The notes below the pieces were generated by a model. It did not search any database, was not told where the DNA came from, and saw only the letters and a program-made list of their open reading frames with translations. DNA of 57,979 nt. Source: Octopus bimaculoides. Taxonomy: Eukaryota. The DNA lies in contig NC_068992.1 of assembly GCF_001194135.2 (NCBI RefSeq), positions 36,371,150-36,429,128 on the forward strand. Reading direction: 5' to 3'. Position 1 is the stretch's first letter. Each line of letters starts with the position of its first letter. Below, one piece after another: positions 33,760-45,885 of this stretch. The position numbers and the translations under genes were made by a program.

Positions 33760-34430
33760 AAACTCTCTTGAGTGCAAGATAGGCATTGTGAGCAAATGCA
33801 TTCTCGATGCAACCGACTCTGATATCAGATAGGATACATGGTTGATTCAGTTGGACTTCATTGCCACTGCAGTTGATTGATTCTTCAGCATCAGTAAGAA
33901 AGCAGGCATCAAATTCACCCGCCAATTGTGAATTTTTACCTTCAGTACATTTATATTCTTCATCCTGAACACCTAGACCTTGGTACACAGTTTACTAAAC
34001 ATCAGAATCGATCTAAACGTGGGTAAGTCACTCTTGTTTTACGATGATTCCTACTGAATAAAATAAAGGAAGAGTACCGTTGTTCCATGTATCGATGAAG
34101 AGCTACAACGGGATATGGTTCTCTAATTTCATTGGGATATTTATCCTCATTCTATTATACGCATACAACTCAAACCCACAAGTGCAGCCCTAAATTGCAA
34201 TGATTGTCTGCATTGTAATGATTGCAATCTCGAGCCGTACGAACAGCTACGCCATTTTTATGCTTTTACCATGGGTGGTTTTAGAGATGACATTCTTCAT
34301 CTCAAGACAAGCAAGCACTACCCCTACCATATCAAAGAAACTGTATATATCCATATAACCTCCAACCACCATCTCATTGTAATTTGTAAGTTAGTCACAG
34401 GTATCAATAGAAGTATATCCTCTCTGTTAA
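33760..34430 (+). pseudogene. Decayed PLE RT fragment (Nematis-like motifs; clade call is inference)
   Basis: KIGIVSKCILD, IVNFY, KSLLFYDDSY*IK, LFHVSMKSYNG...FIGIFIL and LHLKTSKHYPY...SNHHL...GINRSISSL. Confidence 0.65.
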
Positions 34431-36119
34431 AGACCTACGTCTTTAACAGACGTTAAAGACGTCTTTAACAGGATCACTGACTATATAAAAATGTACTAAT
34501 AAAGAGAAACTTTGCTAACAGGCTAGTAGAAATAAAATATAGCTCATCATTACTTATAAACAGTGAGCAATAAAGAGAAAGGTTACGCAAAAAATGTGGA
34601 AGCACGTCGTGTATACACACACACACGCACACGCGCGCGCACACACATATACACACACAACTTATAAAATTGAATTGGACGAGTGGGCAATATTTCGGGA
34701 ACAGTAAGACACGGAGTGCTGGTGTTAGACAAGATAAATATGAAATTTACAATAAATATGACACGATAAATATGAAATTTACAAGCAGTATTAGAAGAAC
34801 AAGTTTTCATTTTTCGTTTTTCTTATTACGAAAAATAAAGTTAAAAAGCAAATCATTTCTACTCAGTGCAGAATAAAACATCTGTAAAATCAAAGTGACT
34901 AAGCCAGATAATTCATGTAATTTCGTAAAGAAGTAGGGGCTGGAAACTGTACAATTGCATTTACCTTTTCTGCCATCGGGCGATTACTACTGCTATCAAT
35001 AATGTGACCCCCAAAAATTAAAGATTAAATACCAAATTTACATTTCCAGAGTTAATGATCACTCCGTAATGTGCTCATCTAGTGAAGAGGTGATTTAGAC
35101 GATGTTCTTGTTCCAATTCCGATGTACTAGCAATGAATATAAGCAAAAATGAGAGTAACTTCATCAATTAGTCTTTGGAATGAATTCACAGGATTCGGGG
35201 CCCCGAAAGGTATACTAACGAATTCATATAGCCTCAAAACGATGTAGCAATAGCCGTATTATGAATATCGCTCGGTTCAGTGGAAATCTGGTCACAGGCA
35301 CGAACTAAATGTATCTTCGAAAAAACAATAGTACCGTGTAAAGAGGATGAGAAATCATAAAGGGTAGGACATGTATCTGACACCATTGTGACATCCTAAG
35401 TCACCTTCGTTTTTTTTTAAATCACATATAAGGAAGATCAACAATCACTAGAAGAAGGTCGAATAATGCCGAGCTGCAACACGAGGCTAAATACTTCCTA
35501 AGCAATTTTCAGCTTCCTAAAATGCGAAGCCGAATGCATAGAGAAACGAGGTTTTTCTCAAAGCTCCAGTTTTTGCACTGAGAATACCTCGATTTTGTCA
35601 TACGGAATGCTGCCACGTCGGAAGATAACAAAGAAATAAAAGATAAATTCTAGAGAAGTTTTCCAGTAGTTCCTTTATTCTTCTTATGAATTGTAAAGGC
35701 TTTTTATCTCCTAAGGTTTTATTGTGCAAAAGTTAGCCCAAACGCTTCTGCGCGAACGAGCGGTACATTTCAGTATTCCTACTTAATTTACTGATAAGAA
35801 TTAATATCTGTGAGAGTACTAATTAAGTCTCTCACTTCATCACTGATGGAAGAATGTTTATTAGTAAACTAACTTACACGACTTTGAATTTTACTAGCCG
35901 AATAATGAGCTCTCAGCTGGATGATTTAAACAACACCTGTCCAGGGTAGCGAAAATGCTATAGCCACTTGTAAGGTTTGGGGGTGGAATATCAAGAGAAG
36001 AAGACAAGAAAACTAATAAATTATATATATGTGAAATACATACACATATGTATGTGTATACATACACACACGTACAAACGCACATACACACACATGCATA
36101 TATAAAGAGAGAGCTAGAA

Positions 36120-37219
36120 GTTAATTAATTTTACTTAGAAACTCTTCTCGTTGATATATCTGGATTGAATATGATGTCAAGTAATGTTTTCTCCCGACAA
36201 AGGTGTATCTTGAGCTTTTCTTGTTCTAGGGTTTGAGCGAGTGTTGCAAGCACATTGTCATGGCGCCATTTGTATCTCCAGTGAGTAAGTGCTGTTTTGC
36301 ACTCTGATAAGATGTGTGCCTGAGTGTCCCTTTCTCCACAAGATCTACACAGCTGCTCCTCCTTCAATCCCATCTGTGCACGGGATACGGGAATGTTCCA
36401 GTCTCCACGGGTGATCTTCCTCTTGGGAATGTTCCATTTAGTTCCGCATCTTGAGATACCAGCTCCACAGCTCTTGACTTCTCTTGATCCTGCCGACCTC
36501 TGCATGTAATTCCAATAATGTCACGAAATTTCAGCATGCTTTCAGCCTGTACGACTGTGGTGCTAGCTACCCATTTTCGTCTGGATCTTATTGTGATAGC
36601 TGCATGTCCGACACTCTCATCCTGGGAGTCGCTGTAGGCTATCACAACTCTATATTTCGCGACTTTGAATTCATCCACTACAGATGACAGAGGAAGTTGT
36701 AGCTGTCCAGATCTTATGTACAGACCTATTGAAGTGAAGCTTGGGGGCACACCTAGCCACTTTGGAGGTATTTGTTTACCTTCCTCTCCACCCTATATAC
36801 TCTTGTCATTGCAATAACCATATGAGCCTTGGAAGCAGTTCGTGTTGGTAGAGTCAGGCCTTGTATTTTCCTGAGCCCTGATCTTTTAGTCCTTTTCAGT
36901 CACTCCTCTGCTTGCTTCTCAGTATTGGTGACATTGCTTCTGTCTTAGAGCGAATTGTTAAACTTGTTTTCAAGGCATTTGATAAGGTTTTCTTTTATTG
37001 GTGAAATAGCCTCTCTGGCTCCTGTAGCTTGATTTCTTTTGTTAATTTGTCTCTTTTGATCATCATACACCTAGATTTCTTGGGCTTAAACTTCATTCTA
37101 GCTCTTTTTCGCCTCCATATGAGTTGTTATTGTAGGTTGTCATTGTAAGATCATCCACGAAACTCCTCATTGGATGTTGTTGGCTGTCTGATTCAGCAGC
37201 TGTTATGAGGAGACTCGTT
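36120..37219 (-). mobile_element. HERO/NeSL-type REL non-LTR retrotransposon fragment (RT C-half to zinc finger)
   Basis: RSFVDDLTMTT, MKFKPKKSR, YKA*LYQHELLPRL, KWLGVPPSFTSIGLYIRSGQLQLPLSSVVDEFKVAK and CRSCGERDTQAHILSECKTALTHWRYKWRHDNVL. Confidence 0.8.
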
Positions 37220-37246
37220 ACAGACACACACACATACGCGCGCACA

Positions 37247-37286
<40 letters not shown>

Positions 37287-37782
37287 GAGTCTCCTCATAA
37301 TAGCTGCTATTTTAAGACAAGTTCACTGGCTAATCGCGACACCAGCGCCTGTTGGAGGCACTGTCTTTCTATATATCACTGGTGGGGAGATGAGTAGCCG
37401 CTACCTCTAGCAGTCGAGCGTTCTATCATTGATAACAATAAAAAAGGTTGAGACCACGTGATCTGGTGGTCTCAGTGCTAAAGGTGGCAGGGATTTGTCT
37501 CCTCGCTAGTAAGTGTGCATTTCCCACCAAAAGCCAATATGAGAGTTTCTTTCATGGTATCTACCACAGTATAATTTGTTCTAACAAAGCATCCACGTTT
37601 TTAAGTGGAGATAAATATTACCTCTCCCTCTCTCTCCTTCACCCTCTCTCTATCAACCTACCTACCTCTCTCACTCACACACACACACACATACACACTC
37701 TCTCTCTGTGTATATACATACATACGCATACACACAAGCACAGACTAACACACACACACATACACACACAAACACACACACA

Positions 37783-37826
<44 letters not shown>

Positions 37827-37836
37827 NNNNNNNNNN

Positions 37837-37883
<47 letters not shown>

Positions 37884-37904
37884 CACACATATGACTATAT
37901 GCAA

Positions 37905-38020
37905 AATACTAGACTTACAAAAAACGTGCTAAGGTCGATTTATTCGACTAAAATCTTTCAAAGCGTTACCCCAGCATGGTCGCAGTCACATGACTGAAAC
38001 AAGTGAAAACAAGATAAAAT
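37905..38020 (+). mobile_element. SINE family A 3' fragment
   Basis: AAGGTCGATTTATTCGACTAAAA...CCCCAGCATGGTCGCAGTCACATGACTGAAACAAGT. Confidence 0.75.
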
Positions 38021-38674
38021 ATGTACGTATGTTTGTATGCATGCGTATGTGTGATTGTCTTTGTGTGCGCACGCGTGTGTATTTCCTTTGTGCGTATTCG
38101 TGTATTTCCTTAGACATTGTGGAATGATGAGAAAATAAATGAATGATCATAATGAGTAAAGGCATGTACGATTCCAGTGATGCATATTCGAATGAACTGA
38201 CAACTTCCTTAATATTTAAGAAAGGACTGATGGCAGAAACAGATACAGAACATGCTCATGCGGTATTTAGTTATATGCGTTATATTCTGAATTCAAAACT
38301 GATAATGGTCAACGTTACCTTTGATCGTCTTGTGTGTAATAAATAGCTTATACTTAAATACTGGAGTCGATTAAACCACCTCGAATTCGTAACTCTGAGT
38401 CAGTCTCAGAAAACATTTTCACTACTGAAAGGCAATGCAGTAGCAGAAATGTTAGAATGCTAGACGAAATGCCCTTCAGTTTTTAGTTACCTCTTCATAC
38501 CTCCTGAATCCACATTATATTGACGTAGATATAAGTTAAGTATTTTATTGAATCCTAATAACTAAACTATATCTCGTATTTGCATTAATCCAAAAGAAAA
38601 CCTTCAATATTTTGCTTAAGATACATACTGAGAAGGGAATCATAAGTTTAGCTGCAAACAGCTTGCATTGATTA

Positions 38675-40799
38675 CACTGGTCTGCATGATTATTTTTTTA
38701 TTGGTTGTATGGTATCTTTTTTCTGAATATATATGAAAAAAAATGAGTTATTGTGCTTTCAATTAATTTCTATCACATCAGGTTGTCAAGTTTTACGGAG
38801 ACGTTACTTTTCTCTTTTTGTATAACATATGTAAATGATAAATTAAAATGCTTACCTTATATTGACTTAAATGTTAAATCTAATATAGTTTTCTTTAGTC
38901 TCAGTTTGTGAATATGTCTAAAGGCTGCATCAATTCACCAGAAATATTCTGCTATGTCTGCGGGCAATTCACCCCTTCAGATTCCCGGAGCAATATTACT
39001 CCTTTGTTGAAGCTCTGCTATTTTGCATATTTTGGCTGCAAATTGGGAGACCGGGACAAGCCATTTGCACCTCACAAAGCTTGCAAGAGTTGCATCAGTA
39101 AGCTTCAAATGTGGTCAGTTGGAAAATTTAAATGTATGCCCTTTGGAGTACCAATGGTATGACAGCAGATGAACCACTATGATGACTGCTACTTTGGATT
39201 CAACAAGAAAACTAAAGATCGCATAATATACCCAAATATTCCTTCAGTAATAAGGCCTGTTCCACACTCAGATGATATTCCTGCACCTGTGCCACCTGAG
39301 ACACGGGAAATTCCATCAGAGTCTGATACTGGTGATACTAATGAGATGGAAGTAGACTATGAGCCACCAACAAATGACGATCCCAAATTCTTCAACTACG
39401 TTGAGCTCAATGACTTGGTTAGAGACCTTAACCTTCCGAAAGAAAGTTACTTGGCTCTAGACTGCAAGAATACAAGCTTCTAACTCCTGGAACAATATTC
39501 TCTTGGTACTGTCATTGTGAAGCGAATTTCACTCAGTTCTTTGAGAAAGAGGATTCTTTAGTTTTCTGTTCAAATATTTCTGGCTTTATTGAATACATGG
39601 GGATGTCGTACAAAGCAGATGAATGGAGGCTCTTCATTGATTCTTCTAACAGACGTTTAAAGGCTGTTCTTCTCTACAATGACAGCATAGCTGCATCTGT
39701 GCCAATTGGACATAGTGTTCAAATGCCAGAAACTTACAAAAATATGAAAACAATAATAATCTACAATTTTCTCATTTGTGGTGATTTAAAGTTATTGCTC
39801 TCCCACTAGGTCTTCAAGGGGGATACACTAAGTATCCCTGTTTTCTGTGTCTTTGGAATAGTAGGGCAGAGAGCCAGCACTATGAACAAAATGACTGGCC
39901 ACCAAGAACCAGCTTCTTACTCCGAAATCACAAAGTGAAATCTGTGCCACTAGTTGACCCCCAAAGAATTCTGCTGCCACCACTCCACATCAAATTAGGG
40001 CTTACAAAAAAATTTGCGAAGCTCCTGAACAAAAATAGAGCTGCTTTCAAGTACCTGGAGTCAAAGTTTCCTGGTATAACTGAAGATAAGCTAAAAGCAA
40101 GAATCTTTGTTGGCCCTCAGATTATTCGGGAATTGATGATGGACAAGCATTAGCAAGTGTCGAAGTGAATGCCTGGTTTTTCTTCAAGAAAAGTGTCCAA
40201 AACTTCTTAGGAAACAGCCACTCCCCAGAATATGAAAAAGACCTGATACCAAGCTTCCAACAACTTGGGTCTAGAATGAGTGTGAAGATGCATTTTTTTG
40301 CATTGGCATCTTGACTATTTTCCTAAGAATTGTAGAGACTACAGTGAAGAAAAAGGAGAGAAGTTGTACCATGGAAACTCGATACAAGGACAAATGGAAT
40401 GTCAACATGATGGTGGATTACTGCTGGTCATTGAAACGTGGTGGTCCCGATGCACAACACAAGCGGAAATCAAAGCGGTCCTCCTTCCTTTGAATCAATA
40501 ACCATTAGGAGCATATTTTTTACATTAATTTGCTTTGATGTTGATAATTCTGATTCATTTCGTATTGGTTTATTTCGTAAAACTAATAAAATGTGCTTTT
40601 CCTTGATTACTTGCTCCATTTTAATAGAGTAACGATTTATTAAAAATTCACATTTTTTATTATTATTAATTTGTATTTCATTCAACATCCTTATGCGACA
40701 GAGCAAAATGGTTTAGATATTCAAAATCAGCGTCCCAAGAATATGTAACATCACATCCATGAATAAAAATATCTAAAATATCCCAAATACAGACCAATG
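38675..40799 (+). mobile_element. Chapaev3-like DNA transposon, full length
   Basis: TIRs CACTGGTCTG and CAGACCAATG (9/10 match), with a TTA TSD on both sides (38672-38674, 40800-40802). A single decayed transposase lies inside. Confidence 0.8.
38914..40493 (+). pseudogene. Chapaev3-type transposase, frameshifted
   Basis: CYVCG...YFAYFGCKLGDRDKPFAPHKAC..C...FGVPMV, NHYDDCYF, ELNDLVRDLNLPKE, EWRLFIDSS, ICGDLK, GYTKYPCFLCLW, LLPPLHIKLGL, FVGPQI, MSVKMHFLH.HLDYFP and MMVDYCW. Confidence 0.85.
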
Positions 40800-41675
40800 T
40801 TATTCATTCAAACTTTAGTGAAATTATATATGAAGTAACATTGATAAAAAAATGTTACACAACAGCGGAAGGGAAAAGATTATATTTAATCTAATCTTGA
40901 AGGAATATTCGAGTGAATAGTTCACATACATGAAAGATCACATGATCAGAAAGTCGTAGGATTGCAATTTCAAAACTTGGTAGATTGTGAACGCATTTAA
41001 TATAGTTTAAGTCATATACTAAGTTCGTGTAGAGTAGTATGGGGGTGGGGCGAGAAACCAACAACTATTAGATGCCATAGGTAGGCTGCTTTGCGATAAG
41101 ATTTGACGATAACAGTATAAAGGAACAACTAGTGTATGATGTGGGAGAGGAGAGCAATTGTCTCTGTTTGGTGACCGTATTTGTGACTGCTGACGTAGGT
41201 AAAATATAAAAGTAATGTAAGATAAAAAAGTTTCAAGATTATTCCCCAACAACATAGACGTAAGAAACTCCTATAAATCACAAGTATGCAATACCTGAGT
41301 GTGTATTCACGTTAGAATTAACACACATACAAACACATAAATTGTACATACACACACAATTCTACACAATATTCTTGAGCATCTCTCGCTGAGTGTTGAG
41401 CATGCACATGCACCTACATGCGCAAGCCTGGGCAAGGATTCTTGTGGAAGACTAGCTATTGCTTCTACCTACCCACAATTACTGTTCAGAAATAAAACTT
41501 CCTAGAAAGATCTATATAGCATGACATCAGTAATGTTACGGACGTTACCGTTAGAATACAAAGACCTAGTACGGATTCCGCTAGGAATCTCATTCAACTT
41601 ATAATAGCACCACCAATCTGTTGTCCGGAGCTGTTAACTTTTTTATCCACTCTGAAAGAATGGATGTCATTACAG

Positions 41676-41708
<33 letters not shown>

Positions 41709-42075
41709 CCTGTCTGTTTATCTGTCTGGCTGTCTGGCTATATATATATATATTAATAGTTATCGCCAAGCTAGCATGGCAGTGACCAGGCAAATAGGAC
41801 GAATGCCGCCCTTGATTAGCTGTGAGTTTGCATTAACACTGACAGATGTTTACGACTGTTTCTAACAAAGCTAATTAATTTATAGTTTCTGCAGTGATGG
41901 CTAGGATACATCCATCATATATATGTATATATATATATATTGATAGAAAGGACAACAAAAGAAAGAAAGAGACCTCGATATTATGTAAATAGAGAAATTT
42001 ATCTGTAAAAATAAACTCGGAGTTTTATCATGGCTACCGAATAATTGTCACATATTTTTACAGGTATATACATAG

Positions 42076-42392
42076 TCTTTTACTTGTTTCAGTAATTTGA
42101 CTGCGGCCATGCTAGAGCACCGCCTTTAGTCGAGTGAATCGACCCCAGGTCTTATTTTTGTAAGCCTAGTACTTATTCTATCGGTCTCTTTTTTCCGAAT
42201 CGCTAAGTTACGGGGACGTAAACACACCAGCATCAGTTATCAAGCGATGGTGGGCGGACAAACACAGACACACAAACACACACACACACTTACACACTTA
42301 CGCGCGTACGCGCGCACACGCGCACACACACGCACACACATACATATGTACGACGGGCTTCTTTCAGTTTCCGTCTACCAAATCCACTCACA
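42076..42392 (-). mobile_element. SINE family A copy (internal CA microsatellite), 5'-truncated
   Basis: Reverse complement reads GTGAGTGGATTTGGTAGACGGAAACTGAAAGAAGCCCGTCG...AACTTAGCGATTCGG...GGGGTCGATTCACTCGACTAAAGGCGGTGCTCTAGCATGGCCGCAGTC...GAAACAAGTAAAAGA. Confidence 0.85.
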
Positions 42393-44239
42393 TATATTTG
42401 CACCTAATATATTTATACGATAGCTAATTGTGAAAATCGTTAGAGCGTTCTATCGAATTCCTCGCGATATTAATTCCGAATTGCGCTCTGTACTTTTGTG
42501 CGTATATACGTACGTACATAATGTGTGTAACTGTATATGTCAGTTGGGCTTGAATGGAAATGTTATGCAATTAGTTAGTTTAAATATCAGAAGCCGTGAT
42601 ATTAGCAAAAAGAAAAGCAGAAAACGAAAGCACCGCAACTATGAATCAGTGAGAAGTAAAAGTTTTATTAGGCCTTATTTGGACTTTAGAGAGATTCCGT
42701 GACTGATCAGAGCTCAAATGAGGTAAAGAAGAAAGCAATTTTGGTAATATCTTTGTTTGGTCGGTTTGCAAGATTTCCACAGAGTGGCAGTCTTAGCTTT
42801 AGCGCTGTGTTGTTAATGACTAGATTTGATGAAACACATACACGAGTTTTCTTCTTGATGTTAGTTTTCTACACGATGTTAGTGTTCGCGTGTTTGCGCA
42901 ACTGAAGGGACTTGGTTGTTATCTCACCAGTGAAATATATACACTTAAGGTCTTCTCCTCTGGAGGGTGAAGTGCTTTAGTGTGAGATGTGTATGACGTC
43001 TATATGCATAAGATTATGGAGGTGTAAAGATTGATCTCATTTTCAAAAGTACGTGTGTTATTTATAGTTACAAGTAGGTTACCAATATAGAAGGAACTAT
43101 GAGGGAGATATTACTGAACATCAGAGTTGATAGGTTGTGGGTCAAAGATATCTCTAGTTATACTCACCTGCAATAATGTGGTCTTCTAGATCTAAGAAAA
43201 CAAAAGCAGATCTATCTAGAAGTTTCTCGTGAGATATGACCAAGTTTTTTTAACGATGTTAAGTGTCACAACACTTTGGCTAAAATTTGAAAAGGGCGAA
43301 GAACGACAGGCGATAGTTATACAAAAAACATTCTTCTGGAGGCTTGAGTTTGAAACAAACTATGTAGCAATAGTGGAGTCGTTTTCAGCGGCGATGCGGC
43401 TAAGAGAGCCATGAGAATTAAAGAGTGGTAAATAGAAAACTTCTAAAAACTTAGCTATCTCTGTGGGCAATGTAACCAGAAGAATCGATTGTAATTAGGA
43501 AGTGAGGAGAGCATGCAGAGTGTGATGTATTAAGACACTTATAGTTATTTTTTTATGATATCCTTGCCATAGTAAATAAAAGCTGCAATCGTAGTTAAGT
43601 CACAAGTTGGTAATGACAGTTTTACTTCGTTCAAATTCTGCAGGGAATTATATATGCCCGTACTGATAATTGTGTAAGGAATTTCGGGTAGTATGCTTCA
43701 GACGATGGTTTCAATCACTTAGGTGACTCATATGGGTCAGGAACAAGATTTACTGCAAAAGTAGTCAATATATAAATGATCACTCAATTAACTTGTAGTA
43801 CTAGAGCGTTTGATAGAATGGAACGGTATGAGGATATGGAGTATATTCCTTTGATTAAGTAGCGATCAGATGGACATAGAGACAGGTTTGGAAATAATTG
43901 TAGGTTAAGGATGTTTATGGTAATGACGTCTTCTCGCGGATAGCAAAGAAATTGGCAAAAGTAGTTATAGACACTGAAGTGAGGAATGGTGATTTCAGAG
44001 AGATAATTATATTTTTATACAACTGTTGACATAATGCGGATAAAAAGAGACAGTTATGTTTTCAGATAACGAAAGAAATATTTCATCTAATAAAAATGAT
44101 CTAACATGGAAATAAAAATGGAAATGAATAAAAATTAATTAATTAAACGAGAATATTTATGTATAGTAAACAGAGAGATATTTTATATTGAGCAATGAAT
44201 TATTGAACTGTGCCTAAATGAATAATAATGTTTCACTTA

Positions 44240-44437
44240 GGTGCCGGCATAGCTAAGTGCTTGAAAAGTTCGATTCTTAACCATGTCCCACTTAACTACT
44301 AAGCCCAACTGCTCGACATTTTCTGCTAAAACTTAGGGCTGGACAATGCATTAAGACTCAATTTGGTGGATGGAGTCAGTACGGAAGTCCCTCGTGTGTG
44401 TGTGTGTGTGTGTGTGTGCGTGCGCGCGTGTGTGTAT

Positions 44438-44478
<41 letters not shown>

Positions 44479-44707
44479 CGTGCGTGTGTCTTTGTGTTAG
44501 TATTTGTCTCTCACCGCTTGACAGACTAAGTTGGCTTATTCACGCCTCTGCAACTTAGCAGTCCGGCAGAAAAACCAATAAAATAATTCTAGACATAAAC
44601 ACAAGTACTGTTGGGTGGGGAGGTGGAACTTGATAGGCTAAACCCTTCAAGGCAGTGCCCCAAAACGACTGTAGTCCAATGCCTGTCACAAGTAAAAGAC
44701 TAAAAGA
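44240..44707 (+). mobile_element. Old SINE family A copy
   Basis: Same layout as 42076-42392: head, (GT)n, then CAACTTAGCAGTCCGGCAG...CCCTTCAAGGCAGTGCCCC...CAAGTAAAAGA. Confidence 0.7.
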
Positions 44708-45044
44708 ATAAAAACAATGTAAAATTGGTTAGCAAATAGCTTAATATACTAATTATATAAGCTATATTTTTACACATGATAATTAAAAGTAAAAGGAAAT
44801 AGATAAAAAATCTCTATCATAGAAATTATACGCATATATTTAAGTATATGTGAAATCCTCCTGTTCTGAAGGAATATTGGCGAGTATTTACATTTCTAAA
44901 CATTTTAAAGCTACTTGCAACGCCCAAATGTTGTTGATTGTTATACCTGGGATTGAAAACGTGAAATGCAATGATTAAGATGTTTAGTCATGTAAATTAA
45001 CAAATTCAAACAATGAAATTAAATGAGTTTAATCACTAAAAAAG

Positions 45045-45135
45045 AATATCGGTTCTTTTGCCGAACCGCTAAGTTACGGGAACATAAACACACCAATATC
45101 GGTTGTCAAGAGATGGTGGGGGACAAACACACACA
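45045..45135 (-). mobile_element. SINE family A internal fragment
   Basis: TTTTGCCGAACCGCTAAGTTACGGGAACATAAACACACC...GTTGTCAAG..ATGGTGGGGGACAAACAC. Confidence 0.8.
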
Positions 45136-45759
45136 CACACACATACACACATATATACTGGTATATATATATATATATATATNNNNNNNNNNNNNNNNNN
45201 NNNNNNNNNNNNNNNNNNNNNNNNNNNNNNNNNNNNNNNNNNNNNNNNNNNNNNNNNNNNNNNNNNNNNNNNNNNNNNNNNNNNNNNNNNNNNNNNNNNN
45301 NNNNNNNNNNNNNNNNNNNNNNNNNNNNNNNNNNNNNNNNNNNNNNNNNNNNNNNNNNNNNNNNNNNNNNNNNNNNNNNNNNNNNNNNNNNNNNNNNNNN
45401 NNNNNNNNNNNNNNNNNNNNNNNNNNNNNNNNNNNNNNNNNNNNNNNNNNNNNNNNNNNNNNNNNNNNNNNNNNNNNNNNNNNNNNNNNNNNNNNNNNNN
45501 NNNNNNNNNNNNNNNNNNNNNNNNNNNNNNNNNNNNNNNNNNNNNNNNNNNNNNNNNNNNNNNNNNNNNNNNNNNNNNNNNNNNNNNCAATCAATTTTGT
45601 CTTTCAATTAGTAGCTTGGTATTTCTGACCTATATTGACATACATTTTCATTTATGCTTCGTTAGAGAAAAAAGCCCCAAAAAACAAACAAAAAAAAAGA
45701 CCGTTAAAATATAATATAACACTTATTTTATTGATTATTTCTCTAGATATATTTCTCTA

Positions 45760-45792
<33 letters not shown>

Positions 45793-45827
45793 TATGTGTG
45801 TGTGTGTATGTGTGTGTGTGTGTTGTA

Positions 45828-45885
<58 letters not shown>

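Noticed and set aside
33755-33988. Minus-strand 77-aa ORF that looks like a plausible host exon
   Set aside because: The opposite strand carries recognisable PLE RT motifs, so this is an antisense shadow frame.
42900-44000. Purine-rich stretch resembling a very old LINE
   Set aside because: No diagnostic motif was recovered by eye.
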